Shown: positions 22,855 to 35,954, counted from the first letter of the stretch. The stretch: 64,000 nucleotides of DNA from an uncultured Phycisphaerales bacterium (GCA_963758525.1 CAVWVQ010000003.1:2048001-2112000), one strand, 5' to 3'. Numbers and translations: made by a program. Notes: a model not told the origin generated them from the letters alone.

Positions 22855-24182
22855 GTGGAGTCTCACGTGCGCTTAAGGCGATTGCGAATTCATTTTGTTC
22901 TTTGGGTGATTCTTGCAGCGCGGCCGGCCTGGGCAGCGGATCCGGCAATCGGCTACAACGAGAATCTCAACAACCCCGGCGATGCCGTTAGCTATGACCT
23001 GTTCCTCCCCCACGCGTACCGCGCGGACGCCGAGCTTCCTGTGCTAGTGGTCTTGGGCGATCATACGCGCGAATGGACGAAGACCACCATCATGGAATGG
23101 GCGGAACAGCGAGGCGTGGCGATTTACGTGATGCTGCCGCCACCGAAGATCAACGGGAGGTACGCGCCGCGTAAGTTTGAAGTTGGCATGAAGGAATGTT
23201 TCGCCGCCATTGAGCAGATCAAAGGAATCAGCCGGGTCAATCATGTGTGCACCTACACGGCGCAGTGGGGGTTCTCCTCATCGATCGCGGCGGCGATGGA
23301 GTTCCCGCAAGACATCACCGGCATCATTTGCGCACCGTATGCCAGGTTTTACCCGGTGGACCAGAAGCCCTCCCCCTGGCTCGCCATAGCCGAACTGCAT
23401 TGGACGCGTGCGCGGTGGGCACAAACGAATCCCGGCCCCAAGATCTTCAATCGGTTCTGCCTCAGCGACCGACGCCCGCTGGCGGAACTGGAGAGTGCCT
23501 GGCTCCCGCACATCCGTGCATCGCGCAAGCGCCCTATACCGTGTTTGATGACGACGGGCGCACGGACCTGCCCCTTTCCGGCGAGTCGGTGCGGCCTGCA
23601 TTCGATTTTCTCATCAACAGCATCTGGCTGACGCACCCAAAGATTTCAGTTGCACGACGCCGGGCCGCAACCGACGAGCTTGAGCGACGTCTCAAACTCG
23701 TCGAATCCGAGCCCGATGCAAAAACGAGCTACGCTACGGTGGACGTCATATCGCGCCTGCCTGCTCTGGCTCCTGCTCTGCACAAACGCGCCTGCGAGCT
23801 CTGGCGATCCGCCGCCATCGCCTCGCTGGAGTCGCAGCCGGACGACATGACGCGGTATGAACTGCTCACCAATTACGTCGCCGATCCTCGGATGGCCGAC
23901 GGTGGAACAGCTCTCGCCAACGCTCGCAAGGAATTGCAGCGGCTTCAGAAGAATCCCCGACTCAAGGTCGAGATCGATGCGCATGCCGAGTATGAGCGAA
24001 TCGTGTGGCTCGATTATAATGGAAAGGGAATGACGTCAGTTGAGCCGACGATCGACTTCGAGCAATCGAAGAAAATGTTGAACGAACTGATCGCTCGTTA
24101 CCCGGACACGTTCGGAGCAATGGAGGCGGCTCATCGAATCGCGTACCTCGATGCCGCGACAAAGGCTCCGGCCAAAAAGTGA
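22855..24182 (+). CDS. Secreted hypothetical protein, frameshift near 23520
   Basis: Signal peptide ending AWA-ADP; continues in overlapping ORF 23247..24182 with a helical C-terminus. Confidence 0.55.
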
Positions 24183-24280
24183 CTGGATGGCGATCCGATC
24201 GGTCTTTCATGAAAAGCCCACGCGGTTTCATCGTCTCAAATGGGCGCCATCCGTTTTCGCGCAGTCGGATGATTCGGCTG

Positions 24281-26463
24281 CTATTTTTTGCTGGCGACCT
24301 TCGCCTTGGGTGGGATCTTCAGTGGCTTTTCGCGGGCCCCTTCGGCTTCGACGATGGGCCAACTCGCGCGAAGCGGATCGCGATAGGGGCCGATCTGGTC
24401 GATGGGGATCGGGCGAAAGCCAAGACCGAGCGCAGGGGAATCCGCCTTGAGGTGGAAATCGTCGTGAGCGGCGTCAACGAACAGCGGGTCGGCAACTTCC
24501 GAATGTGTGTCGAAGCCCTGGTGTTGCCAATCGGCCCATGTTTCGAGTTTTGTCGTTTGCATCAGCACCGGCTCGTCCATGTGCCAGATCAGGTTGGAAT
24601 CCGATGTGTAGTGATCGAGCGGCACCCGCACCAATGAGAACAACCGGCTGTTCTTGCCGTGGTAGTAAAAGATATTTTTGCGACAGACGTTTCCCTCCAT
24701 GATGAGGCCAGAGGGCAGCGGGGCCTTGAGCGGATCGATGTCCATCCCGCGCAAGGATCTCCAGGCGGGCTGGTCTTTGACCTTTTCCCAATTGAGGGCC
24801 ATCGTCGGAGAGAAATCATGCCAGAAGTGGCTCTTAATGTCCCACCCGGTGGCTTGAATCTGTTGCTCCGCGGCATCGACAAAAATATTGTTTTCGATGA
24901 GGTTGTCCCGCGCGTTGTGCAGGTTCACGCAACCGCGAACGCAGCGGACAACGATGTTGCCGATCAGATCGACGCCGGCGGAGTCGTCGTCGAGGTAAAT
25001 GCCCCAGGAGAAGTACGGCGACTGGAATTCGCCAGTGCCACCGCGGCGGCCGAAGCCGAGGATATCGTGGATGTAGTTGTAACGGACGACGGTGCCGCGG
25101 CTGGTGAGCCAATCGCGTCCATTGCAATAAAGCCCGCCAGTGTCTTCGGTTTCCAGGTCCACGTGGCGAACGTGATTGAACTCGATCAGGTGCTTGTTGC
25201 CCCCGAACAAGATGCCAAAGCGCGGACCGTCGTGAATCAGGTTGTGAGATGCGCGGCATCCGACGCCAAACAGGCTGACGCCGACGCCCTGCTTGTAAAC
25301 CTGCCCGAAATGATGGCAGTAATTGTTGTCGGCGTAGTGGCCGCACGGGGTGAGCGTTTGAACGACGCCCCCTGCGATCGAGATCGCATTGGAGCCGACG
25401 TCGTGAATGTCATTGCCGACGGCTCCGCATTTGTTGCCGCCGGAGATTTTGATAGCCGAAGAGTTGCCGGTGCAGGCCGTGCCGATGTTTCGCACGGTGC
25501 ATGCGGCGACGATGCTGTCGGTGCAGTTCTTCAATACCACGCCGTTGTCTTCGGCGCATTCGAGCGTCAGCCCCTTGATCGTCAACTTCGACACGCCATC
25601 CGCTTCGATGATGCTGTCAACCAATGGCGCGGCAATCACAGTCTTGGAATCAATGGGAGCGGGCGGCCAGAAATATAACGTGCCCGCCCGATCGAGGTAC
25701 CACTCGCCCGGCGCATCCAGTTCCTCCAGCGCGTTCTCGAGGAAATATCGGTCTCCCGGACGGATCGCGTAGCTGACATTGCCGGCGAGCGTTATCTTTT
25801 TGGAATCAGCGTCGATGCTCTTGATGGGCACTACATTGTTCCACCAGTTGTAGCGAGGAAAGATGAAGACCTCGATCTCCTCGGGGTGAGCCCATCGGTG
25901 GATGTCCTGCGGCTCGGGATGAAACGCATGCTTGTCGTCCCCGGGTGCGTCCTGATACAGCGGGAGCATTTTACCGGCCACGAATGCCCAACCTCCGCCG
26001 TATGGATTCGACGGATCGAAATTCGGATAGCGGGCCAGAATCTGCCGTTGATCTTTGAACAGCAGTTCGTGGAACATGATGCCCTTGAAACCTGCAGCAG
26101 CGACATCGGTTTTCAGAATGTGCTCTTTCCACGGGACAAAGCCGGTGATCCTTCTGCCGCCTACGACGACGGGCTGCTCACCTGGATAGCTGGCAACCGT
26201 CAACCCCGAATCGTCTCGCGAAAGCTTGAGGGTTTTCTCGAGGAAATAAGTGCCGCCGCGAAGTTGGATGACTGCCGGCTGATGTTGACGCGCAACATCC
26301 CGGCGCGGGCCAGCGATGCGAAGGGACCGTCACTTTTGTTTCGGTTTGCTTCATCAAACCGGCCACTCCACGCGTCATTGCCAGATGGCGAAACGTAGAA
26401 GATGGTTTGGGCGCACAGCGCCGGACATAGCAGGAGAACCAGCAGAATAGCACATCGTTTCAT
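24281..26463 (-). CDS. Secreted right-handed parallel beta-helix protein, frameshifts near 26200-26290
   Basis: IFYVSPSGNDAWSG...DGPFASLARA N-terminus, YFLENALEELDAPGEWYLD, WGIYLDDDSAG and ADPLFVD. Confidence 0.85.
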
Positions 26464-26582
26464 CAGGTCTCGACTTGAAGCCGAACTATGGAACTAAATG
26501 AACGTGCGCGATTACACGCACGTGCGAGAAGAACGCTGCCCAGAGGGCAGCCGCTAAGCGGTGTTTGGAAGGGCAACGTCAT

Positions 26583-28094
26583 CTATTGAAGCTTCAATTT
26601 CAAAACGGCCGCGGATGCTGCCGGCAGCTTAAAGGTCACCGAACCGGCCGGGCCGATTGGAAGGGGCGTAAAACCGCCAGCCCAACTGCCGTCGTCCTGG
26701 ATCCTCGCTCCGCCGAGTGTTATTCCCGCGTCAGCAGAGACGTCTCCGTTCGGCGCCGACATGAAGGAGACTTCGGCACTGACGAACTTCTCTCCGGCGA
26801 GCGTCACCTCGCGCTCGTGGGCGTCACCGCCGTGGTTCATGTTGATGAGAGTCACGAGCAGGGAATTGTCGGGGGAGATCACCGCATAAGCGAAGATGTT
26901 GCTCGCGGCCGGTGCGGAGACGCTGGTTTTGATCAACCGTCCATGGCTCGCGAGATCGAAAGCCTTGATCCCGTAGCCGAGCGGTCGAATCAAGTACCCG
27001 CCGGGCGACGAACAGAAGGCTGTGTATTTGCATGGTGTGATGGCGCTGCCGGCGGCGACGTTGTCGCCGGTGTGGAAGTTGACGCCGCTGGCGTGATGGG
27101 AAGCCCACCACCACATGAAATTCAAGCCCCACAATGCTGATGCGAAGGTGTTGCTCACACGAGTCGCGCCGCCATTGTAAAAGTTATTAGTTTCTTCTAT
27201 TCGATATGCAAGCTGTGCAGAGAGCGCTGTAGGTCCGAAACCATCGTAAAACTTCTGGTACAGCTGATTGAATTCGTCCGAAAGCATCCGATCGCGTCCC
27301 GCTTGCGGAGATGTCACCTTGCCACCAGCGCCGCCGGGGTACAGATGGACGGTGAGCAGTTTCAGGCGCCCTGGCTGCTCGAAATCTTTCATGAACCGGC
27401 AGGTCCAGTCCGGGTTGAGGTGAACGCCAGGCCCGCCGAACCGTGCATTGGGTGCCGCCTCAACGATCGCGTCGGCGAAGCGCTTCCAGTCGGCGCTGAA
27501 CCGGGCGTAAGGGTACTTTTCCACGGCGCCGCCCATGCGCTCGGAAGCGGGACGGGTGTCGATTTTCTCGACCGGATACGCGCTGGGTTCCTGCCCGATC
27601 GAAAAGCATTCGACCAGCGACCCATATTGCCCCATGATGTATTTGGCGGTGGCCGCATCTTCCTGCGGATCTGCATTGTACAATCGCAGGCAATAGATCA
27701 CTTTCACGCCCGCGGCTTGAGCGAAGGCGAAGAGACTGTCGATGTCGGCATGGGTGGGGATTTGCCGCTCGTTGCGATCTCCCGTGTTGCCGCCAATGCG
27801 CAGGCTCTTGATCCCGAGGGTGCGAAATACCGCGAGGAGCGCCCGGTTGTCGGCGCGGAAATAGCGCACGCCGGACTCATCGGGGAAGAGGAGCGCTGTC
27901 TCGAAGCTGAGCCCGGAAAAATCCTGCGGGATGTTTTCCGCGGAATTTCGAGCATCCACCGTTACAGTGATTCCGGGCTCCTCGTCGGCCGCTGAGAAGT
28001 TGATGAACGTAAGCGTGGAGAAGAATGCGAGCAGCGCCGCCCTCCAGAGATCACAACCGTGCGGTCGCGCGGATGAGCCATTGGAAATCATCAT
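26583..28094 (-). CDS. GH79-like (beta-glucuronidase/heparanase-like) glycoside hydrolase
   Basis: FSGLSFE, LRIGGNTGD, IGQEP, RIEETNN, VSNTFASALW and GVNFH. Confidence 0.75.
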   Translation of the reverse strand: MMISNGSSARPHGCDLWRAALLAFFSTLTFINFSAADEEPGITVTVDARNSAENIPQDFSGLSFETALLFPDESGVRYFRADNRALLAVFRTLGIKSLRIGGNTGDRNERQIPTHADIDSLFAFAQAAGVKVIYCLRLYNADPQEDAATAKYIMGQYGSLVECFSIGQEPSAYPVEKIDTRPASERMGGAVEKYPYARFSADWKRFADAIVEAAPNARFGGPGVHLNPDWTCRFMKDFEQPGRLKLLTVHLYPGGAGGKVTSPQAGRDRMLSDEFNQLYQKFYDGFGPTALSAQLAYRIEETNNFYNGGATRVSNTFASALWGLNFMWWWASHHASGVNFHTGDNVAAGSAITPCKYTAFCSSPGGYLIRPLGYGIKAFDLASHGRLIKTSVSAPAASNIFAYAVISPDNSLLVTLINMNHGGDAHEREVTLAGEKFVSAEVSFMSAPNGDVSADAGITLGGARIQDDGSWAGGFTPLPIGPAGSVTFKLPAASAAVLKLKLQ

Positions 28095-28295
28095 CTTGTT
28101 GTTTCTCGTGATGCTGAAAGTTGTTTCAGCGTTCTGCCGGGATACTACCCATTCTCCTCTCCGGTGACTTTCGAGTTTCGGCTGAGTCGAAAAGTGACAT
28201 TGCCAGGAGTCACTGCCGGCAATAATGCAACGCCGAATCGGGTCCCATTGCTGAAGCGCGTCGCCTACGCACTCCCTCCTCCTCGCTGTTCCACT

Positions 28296-30774
28296 CTACT
28301 TCACTTCCCACTCGAGAATGCCGCCGGAGAAGTCGTTCTGGAGCTTTACATTGAGGCGCAGCGCGGTGGTGTTGATCTTGCTGAAGCTCTGCGGGTTCAA
28401 CCGATTGGCGGCAACGCCGCCGAGGGAATCTGCCACTGCGCGTTTCCATGAGTCGCCGGCGCGATAGAGCACCTGCCATGCCGTGGGGACGCGGCATTGG
28501 CCGTGGCCGGTGTCGTCAAACCAGTAGACTGCGACGCCGGAAATATCCTGCGGCGTCTTGAAGTCGTATTGCACCCACTCCTCGGTTCCCTTGTGGTCCC
28601 ACCAGGTGAAGCGCGGAACGTTTTCGTCAGCGGAGGAAGCGGGGAGGATTCCGTCGTTGAGTGCATCCAGCGTATCGGGCCCGAGAAACGATGATGTGAC
28701 TTTCGCGCCCGCGGCCGGGCCGTGCGCGCGCGGGGGCCGGCCAGTCGTGAGCATCCGCGCCGGTTCCGATGACGGGAAATGCGCTGATGCGCAGGCGGGC
28801 CGCGCCCATCGGAATGAGCGTGATCGGCTCGACAGGTTCATCGGATCGCACGGGACTGGCCTGCAGCGGCATCAGGAGTTCTCGGCTGTCGGTCTTCCAG
28901 TTGAGCATCTTCCGGCCGCTGGCGTGAATTGCGAGGGGCGCTGTTTCGGGAGTGAAGGGCTGGGTCGCCGTTACGCCGTCTCTCCTGACCAGTTCCAGGG
29001 ATGCCGCGGGATCCTTCGCATCGAGCACCAGGCCGTAGTTCCACGGCGTCGTGGGACGCACCTCCTGCTCGGGGAACTGGTCGGTTCCGCCATAGCGAGA
29101 CCACTTTTCGCCAATGTCGAGTGAAAACGTGATCGGGCCGTAATTCACGGAGACCGCGTCTTTGTTTTTGGTCCATGTCTTTGTTCGTACTTTCATGGGA
29201 AGCTTGAGCGTGACGGTGTCGGCATCGGCCCATGTCCGGGAAATAGCGATGAAGTGATCGGGCCGGGCGTCGACCGCCACATCTTTCCTATTGATGGAGA
29301 CCGCGGGGTTCTCGCACCAGCCGGGCACGCGCAAATAGAGCGGAAAGTCCAACGGCTTGGCGGTCGATACCTTGAACTCAATCGCGTCGCTGAAGGGATA
29401 ATCCGTAACCTCCGAGATCCTCACGTTGGAGCCATTGGCGACTTTCGCATTCACCTCGCTGGCCGCGTACAGCGTGGCGGCAAGGCCGCCGTCGCTGGTG
29501 GCAGACCACATTTCCTCGGCGAAATACGGCCATCCCATGGCGTGATTGTGCTGGCAGCACCGATAGACGCCCAACGGGCTGTACGAAAACATGGTCCCGC
29601 CGTTCTGGATTCCCGGCGCTTTGTTTTCCCTGTCCAACTGCACCTGATTCGGGGCCGTGAGATAATGCAGAGCCTTCAGATCCGGCGTGAGCGCGGCAGG
29701 AAGAGAGTTGAACGCGAGTTCTTCACAACGATCGGCCCACGCTGCGTCCCCGCTGATTCGGCTCAGCATCTCGAAGCTGTGCATGAATTCGACGATCCCA
29801 CAGGTTTCGAAACCTTGCCGCGGATCGGTGAAGCCCGCCCGGCAGTTCTCATCTCCGCAGAAGCCGCCGCCTGGAACCTGTCCATAGATGCCCATCAGCG
29901 TGTTGTAGACATTCGCCGTGGCGGAATAGTCGGCTGGGCTCTTTGACTGCATGGAGTATTCCGCCGGCTCACGAAAGCCTTCGGCAAGATTGACGTTGTG
30001 CCAATTGGGCACGCCTTTGGTCCATGCGGCTGCGTGCCTGTGCAATTTCGCGGCAAGCTCCAGGAGCCAGGCATCGCCGGTCCGGTTATAGAGCCAGTAG
30101 ACGCTTTCCAGATTGTCGCCGGTTCGCATCTTGTCCCAATAGCCGCTGATAAACTGGTCGTCGGGAATCTGCAGCTCCCATTTGAAATACCGCGTCATGA
30201 GATCGATCGCGCGCTGGTCGCTGCTGAATTCGTAGTAGCTCTGCATGGCGTTCAGGATCGGCATGTGCGGCCAAAGATCGGGCTTGCCCCTGAGGGCGGT
30301 GCGAAGTCCCTGCGGGCCGAAAAAACCATCCGGCGATTGCGCCGCAAAGATCGCATCCAGCCATCGCTTCGCGTCGGCGGTGATGCGCTGATCTCCAAGG
30401 ACATAGCCCAAATCGCCGAAGCCCCGGAGCCAGTATGGAACTTCTTCCCATCCGTTTTTCCCTTCTCCCCTGGGATCGGTCCAGCCGTTGCCGTCAAACT
30501 TGCACCAGGGAGAAAGCTCCTCGAGGTGCCCGGCCATTCCGTCGGCTTCGAGGATGAGCATTTCGCGGAGCCAGCCCTTGGGCGTGATGCTTCCAATCGG
30601 AAGTCTGGCCATGGGCACCGACGCCAGCGGCGCACGGTTTGCGATCACCTGCCAATGAATGCCATCGACCGGGGGCGCAGAAACGCTTGTGACCGAATCA
30701 GCGTTCAGCGGGCTTGTCGGGATCGAGATGAAACACAGAACCAGACTCAGACTGCGCCCGATGTTCGAAATCAT
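28296..30774 (-). CDS. GH127/GH146-like beta-L-arabinofuranosidase with C-terminal F5/8-type (discoidin) module; frameshift near 28735
   Basis: GWEEVPYW, HNVNLAEG, FETCGIVEFM, RCCQHNH and LIPMGAARLRI; tail WWDHKGTEEWVQYDF in ORF 28296..28841. Confidence 0.85.
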
Positions 30775-30812
30775 CCTCACCCCCGCCCTCTCCCGGAATA
30801 CCGGGAGAGGGG
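30757..30812. repeat. REP-like palindrome, ccctcaccc-ccctctccc family copy 1
   Basis: cctcacccccgccctctcccggaataccgggagagggg; related copies at 44617 and 52373-52488. Confidence 0.8.
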
Positions 30813-31076
30813 GTAGGCCGCTCGAAGTTCTGAAGCATCTTGCAAAGACGTGACGAAGCCCCGCGCAAGTTGTGCGGTCCTTAGTCCATCGATCGGAATA
30901 TGCCTTTGCCACATGCCTCGATTTCAAAAACTGATCTCGATTGCCGCCCCCGCCTGTTAGGGATACAACGCTGAACGCAACGGCGTTGGTTCGGGATCGA
31001 TAGGTTTTCATTTCTCGCTTGAGTGTCGCTCCGAAATCATCGCCGATCGCTTGTGCGACGACAACGCGGAGGTTTT

Positions 31077-33663
31077 ATGTTTCATTTCCACTGGACGGTG
31101 AACAAAATTGCCTGCGCGGGTGCCCTGGCCATCCTGTGGTGCGCGGCGCCGGTGCGCCCGCCGATGACAAGCCATTTCGTCCGCCCGCAGTTCCGCTGAT
31201 TACGAGCGATCCATATCTGAGCATCTGGTCGGAGGCCGATCATCTCAATGACGCGGTCACCAAACACTGGACGCATCACCCGCATCCGCTGGTGAGCCTG
31301 ATTCGCATCGACGACAAGACCTACCGCCTGATGGGGGACGACCCGAAAGATCTCGAGGCATTTCCACAAACGAGCGTGAAGGTGCTGCCGACGCGAAGCA
31401 TCTATGAGTTCGACGACGGTCACGTTCACGTGACGATGACGTTCACGAGTGCGGCTCTTCCGCACGACCTGGACGTTCTCAGCCGGCCGCTGAGCTATAT
31501 CAATTGGAGCATACGTTCCGTCGATAATACGAAGCACGCGGTTGTGATTTACGACAGCACCAGCTCGCTGCTGACGGTGAATACGCCGCAACAGCAGGTG
31601 AATTGGGACCGGCAGACCGCCGGGGATCTCGTCACGTTGCGGAGCGGCACCACCGGCCAGACTTACCTCACGCCGGCCGGTGATGATACCCGGATCGACT
31701 GGGGCTATGCGTACGTGGCCGCTCCCGCCTCGCAAGCAGCTTCTGCCATCGGCGGGAGCCAGGCGTTGATCGCGTCGTTCATGCGCGATGGGAAGATTCC
31801 GCCAGGGGATGACACCCGCATGCCACGCGCGGCAGACGATGATGAGCCGGTGATGGCCTTCACGTTTGATCTGGGAAACGTCGCCGCCGATCCGGTCGAC
31901 CGGCACGTCATCGTCGCCTACGACGAAATCTGGTCGATCCGCTACTTTGGCAAACGCCTGGCGCCGTACTGGCGTCGCAACGGCGCGACGCCCGCCGATC
32001 TGCTGCAGAGCGCGGAGAAGGACTATCCCGAGTTGGTCAAACGCTGCGAAGAATTTGACAGAGATCTCATGGCCGACATGACCAGAGTCGGCGGAGCGAA
32101 ATACGCGCAGATTGCGGCGCTGGCCTATCGCCAGTGCTTGTGCGCGTGCGGACTGGCGGCCGACGCCAACAAGCAGCCGCTCCTGTTTACGAAGGAAAAC
32201 ACGAGCAATGGTGATGCTGCGACCGTCGACGTCATCTTCCCGATGGATCCGGTCTTCATCTTCATCAGCCCCACGCTCGCCAAGGCATCGCTGGTTTCCG
32301 TGCTGGACTATGGCGCGTCGGAACGCTGGAAGTTTCCCTGCACCCGCACGATCTGGGAACCTATCCAAACGTCCGCGGCACCGATGACGGCGGCGAAGCC
32401 ATGCCGGTCGAGGAAAGCGGCAACATTCTGATTCTGATGGATGCCATCGCTCACGACGATGGCAACGCCGACTTCGCCACGCGGTGGTGGCCGGCGCTGA
32501 CGAAATGGGCGAACTACCTCGAGCAATTCGGCCTCGATCCCGAAGAGCAACTCTGCACTGACGACTTCATGGGCCATCTTGCTCACAACGCGAATCTGTC
32601 GATCAAAGGCATTCTCGCCCTGGCCGCCTACGGCGATCTCTGCAAGATGCGCGGCGACGCCGCAGGCGCTGAAAAATATCAGGCGCTGGCGAAGGCAGAC
32701 GCCGAGCACTGGGTAAAAGTTGCCGTGGAGGACGGCCACTCCCGCCTGGCGTTCGATAAGCCGAACACATGGAGTCAGAAATACAACCTGGTGTGGGACA
32801 AGATCCTGGGTTTGAACGTGTTCCCGCCTTCGGTGGCAGAGAATGAGGTTGCCCACTACAAGACCGTCATGCAGAAGTACGGCGTCCCGCTCGATTCCCG
32901 CACGCATCTCACCAAAACCGACTGGTCTGTCTGGATCGCGACGCTCGCAAACAATAGGGCTGACTTTGAGTCGATCATCTCTCCGATCTACGACTATCTT
33001 GACCAGACGACGACCCGCGATCCGCTGGCGGACTCCTACGAAACCGACAACATCCGCAGCGGCGGAATGCACGCCAGGCCGGTGGTCGGCGGGTTGTTCG
33101 TCAAAATGCTCTCCGATCCGGAGATTTGGAAGAAGTGGGCCATCGGCGACAAGCAACCGGCCGGCGACTGGGCGCCGCTTCCCAAGCGTCCCATCCTGAC
33201 GCAAGTCGTTCCGACCTCCCGGGAAATTGCTGCCACGTGGCGTTATACATTCGAGAAACCCGCCGGTGATTGGACCGCCGAGAGTTTCGACGACTCGAGT
33301 TGGAAGCAAGGTGAGGGAGTCTTTGGCCGTAACGTTGCCAGGGGCATACCGCAGCGAACGAAGTGGAACACGGACGACATCTGGCTTCGTCGAGAATTTA
33401 CGATGCCTGATATGCCTGAAGGTGGGTTCACCAACCTCCAGTTCAGCGTCTATCACGACGAAGATGTCGATGTCTGGCTGAACGGCGTTCCCGCCCTCCG
33501 CGAAGGCGGCTACAACAACAGCTACGAGCCCTTCGACATCTCCCCGCCCGCCAGGGAGCTTCTCAAGCCAGGCGCCAAGATCACGATCTGCGTCCACTGC
33601 CATCAGACGATCGGCGGACAGGGCATCGACGTTGGTCTGGTCAACGTATCAGATCCTCAATAG
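31077..33663 (+). CDS. Glutaminase GtaA-like (DUF5127/DUF4965/DUF1793-type) protein; frameshifts near 31160 and 32340
   Basis: RPPAVPLITSDPYLSIWS, KENTSNG, MPVEESGN, QLCTDDFMGHL, WSQKYNLVWD and ARPVVGG. Confidence 0.85.
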
Positions 33664-33671
33664 GTAAATGG

Positions 33672-35570
33672 ATGCTACAGATGCAGCAGCGGAGTTGGAT
33701 CATCAGAACGGTCGTGGCGGGGCTTCTCGGAGCCGTCGCTCCCGCCCTGGCTCAGGTTTCCGGCGGGAAGCTGCCGACGCGCTGGGACAAAGACGTTTCG
33801 CCCACCAGCCCCCTGCCCGAATATCCGCGCCCGCAGTTGGTCCGCCTCAAATGGCAAAGTCTGAACGGCCCCTGGGACTATGCTGTTACCGACCCCAAGG
33901 CCACTGCGGCGCCGACGACGTACGTTGGCAAAATTCTCGTGCCCTACCCATACGAATCGGCGCTGAGCGGCGTTGGCAAGCCGAGCATTGTCGATAAACG
34001 GTTGTGGTATCGGCGCACCTTCACGATTCCCCCCGCCTGGCGCGGGAAACGCGTGTTGCTCCACTTTGGCGCGGTCAACTGGAACAGCACCGTCATCGTC
34101 AACGATACGAATCTCGGTGAACACACCGGCGGCTATGACGCTTTCGATTTTGACATCACAGACGCCCTCAAACCCGGAGACAACCAACTCATCGTCTCGG
34201 TTCAGAATCCCCTCTATCACGATGTGACGTGCGCGCAGGTTCTCGGAAAACAGCGGCCCGATCCGAGTGGAATATTCTATAGCGGCGCCACTGGCATCTG
34301 GCAGAGCGTCTGGATCGAGCCGGTTCCCACGACGTACATCGCCGGCCTGAAGATCACGCCGGATGTCGATGCTGGCGCGCTGCATCTGAAGGTGCACACA
34401 AACGGCGATATTGACGGGAAGATCAGTGTCACGCTGATTGACGGGAAAATCACCCGCGGCACAACCGAGGGAGTTGCCAGCGCACCGATGACCATCCCCA
34501 TCATCAAGCCACATCTCTGGTCCCCCTCCGATCCGCACCTGTATGGTCTGAAAATCTCTTTCAGCCGGGCCGGCAGCCCGATGGACCGCGTGGAAAGTTA
34601 TGCGGCACTTCGCAAGATCTCCCTGGGCAAGGATGATCAGGGCCGCACCGTGATGCTGCTGAATAATCAGTTCGTCTTTGAAGTGGGTGCTCTGGACCAA
34701 GGCTACTGGCCCGATGGAATCTACACGGCCCCCACTGACGACGCGCTCAAGTATGACATCGAGACGGCTAAATCGTTGGGACTGAACCTCCTGCGCAAGC
34801 ACGCCAAGGTGGAACCCGAACGCTGGTACGCCTGGGCGGATAAAATTGGCATTTTGGTCTGGCAGGATATGCCGCAGGCTTTTGGCAACGACCTGACCGA
34901 CGCGACCAGGGAGCAATGGCTCACCGAATTAAACCGCATGATCGCCACGCATGACAACCACCCGTCCATCATCGTGTGGACGCTGTTCAACGAAGGATGG
35001 GGGCAGCACGACACTGAAGCGATCGCGCAGCATGCCAAACAGCTCGACCCGACGCGGCTCGTGAACGCCGCCAGCGGCGGATACAACCAGATCGTGGACG
35101 GCAAAATGAGTCAGTTTCGGCTGCCCGCGCCCGCCGGGGTGGGCGACATCAACGACACGCACGCCTATCCGGATCCCGCCACCGAGAAGCACGATGATTC
35201 GCGCGCGCTGGTTTGTGGCGAATTTGGCGGCATCAGCATGCGCGTCGCCGGTCATGTCTGGAGCACCGCCAACTTCGGCTATGGACGTGTCATGCCCGAC
35301 AGCTGGCACCTGACGCAGCGATACCAGAAAGTGCTCAACGAGGCTGACGGATTGCGAAGCCGGGTTGGAGCCAGCGCCGTCGTCTACACGCAGCTGACGG
35401 ACGTTGAAGAAGAGACCAATGGCCTGATGACCTACGACCGGGCCGTCGTGAAGCCGATCGTTGGTTTTGTCGTCGCCGCGAACCAGGGGCAATTTCCCCC
35501 TTTGCCGCCTGCGCCTGTCAGTCATGAGCCGTCACCAACCACAAGGAATGAACCGCAGCAGCGAAAATAA
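33672..35570 (+). CDS. GH2 glycoside hydrolase (beta-galactosidase-like)
   Basis: PLPEYPRPQL, LLHFGAV, LDQGYWPDG, RKHAKVEP, FNEGWGQ and GEFGG. Confidence 0.9.
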   Translation: MLQMQQRSWIIRTVVAGLLGAVAPALAQVSGGKLPTRWDKDVSPTSPLPEYPRPQLVRLKWQSLNGPWDYAVTDPKATAAPTTYVGKILVPYPYESALSGVGKPSIVDKRLWYRRTFTIPPAWRGKRVLLHFGAVNWNSTVIVNDTNLGEHTGGYDAFDFDITDALKPGDNQLIVSVQNPLYHDVTCAQVLGKQRPDPSGIFYSGATGIWQSVWIEPVPTTYIAGLKITPDVDAGALHLKVHTNGDIDGKISVTLIDGKITRGTTEGVASAPMTIPIIKPHLWSPSDPHLYGLKISFSRAGSPMDRVESYAALRKISLGKDDQGRTVMLLNNQFVFEVGALDQGYWPDGIYTAPTDDALKYDIETAKSLGLNLLRKHAKVEPERWYAWADKIGILVWQDMPQAFGNDLTDATREQWLTELNRMIATHDNHPSIIVWTLFNEGWGQHDTEAIAQHAKQLDPTRLVNAASGGYNQIVDGKMSQFRLPAPAGVGDINDTHAYPDPATEKHDDSRALVCGEFGGISMRVAGHVWSTANFGYGRVMPDSWHLTQRYQKVLNEADGLRSRVGASAVVYTQLTDVEEETNGLMTYDRAVVKPIVGFVVAANQGQFPPLPPAPVSHEPSPTTRNEPQQRK

Positions 35571-35684
35571 CTGACCGTCGCGCCCGGCAAAGAGTGCGCG
35601 ACGCTGGGAGTTGATGACCGCACCTGGAAAGATGCCGGCAGGCTTTTGCGTAATGACTTACCGACTTCCGCGCGCCCCAGGCGT

Positions 35685-35954
35685 GGGCGTGCGCGAATTT
35701 CCGGGCGCAACCCATTCGCGGCGAAATCCCGCTCGTGCCACCTCCCCTCGTACTGCTCCGAAAAGAGATGTGGGAGACCAAGAAATGCCCAATGCCCAAT
35801 GGCCAACAAAATCCCAAATTGCAATGACCAATGCGAGAACCAGCCTTGAGACTTGGACCTTGGGGCTTTGTTGGCCATTGGGCCTTGGACATTTCTGCTC
35901 TGAAAGGAGACGCCACCCACGCCACCCAATGTCCCCGCAAATTCACGCACGCCC
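35685..35954. repeat. Nested intergenic inverted repeats (outer 16 bp; inner ~37 bp of ccaatg-type units)
   Basis: gggcgtgcgcgaattt/aaattcacgcacgccc enclosing arms at 35781-35817 and 35860-35896. Confidence 0.75.
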
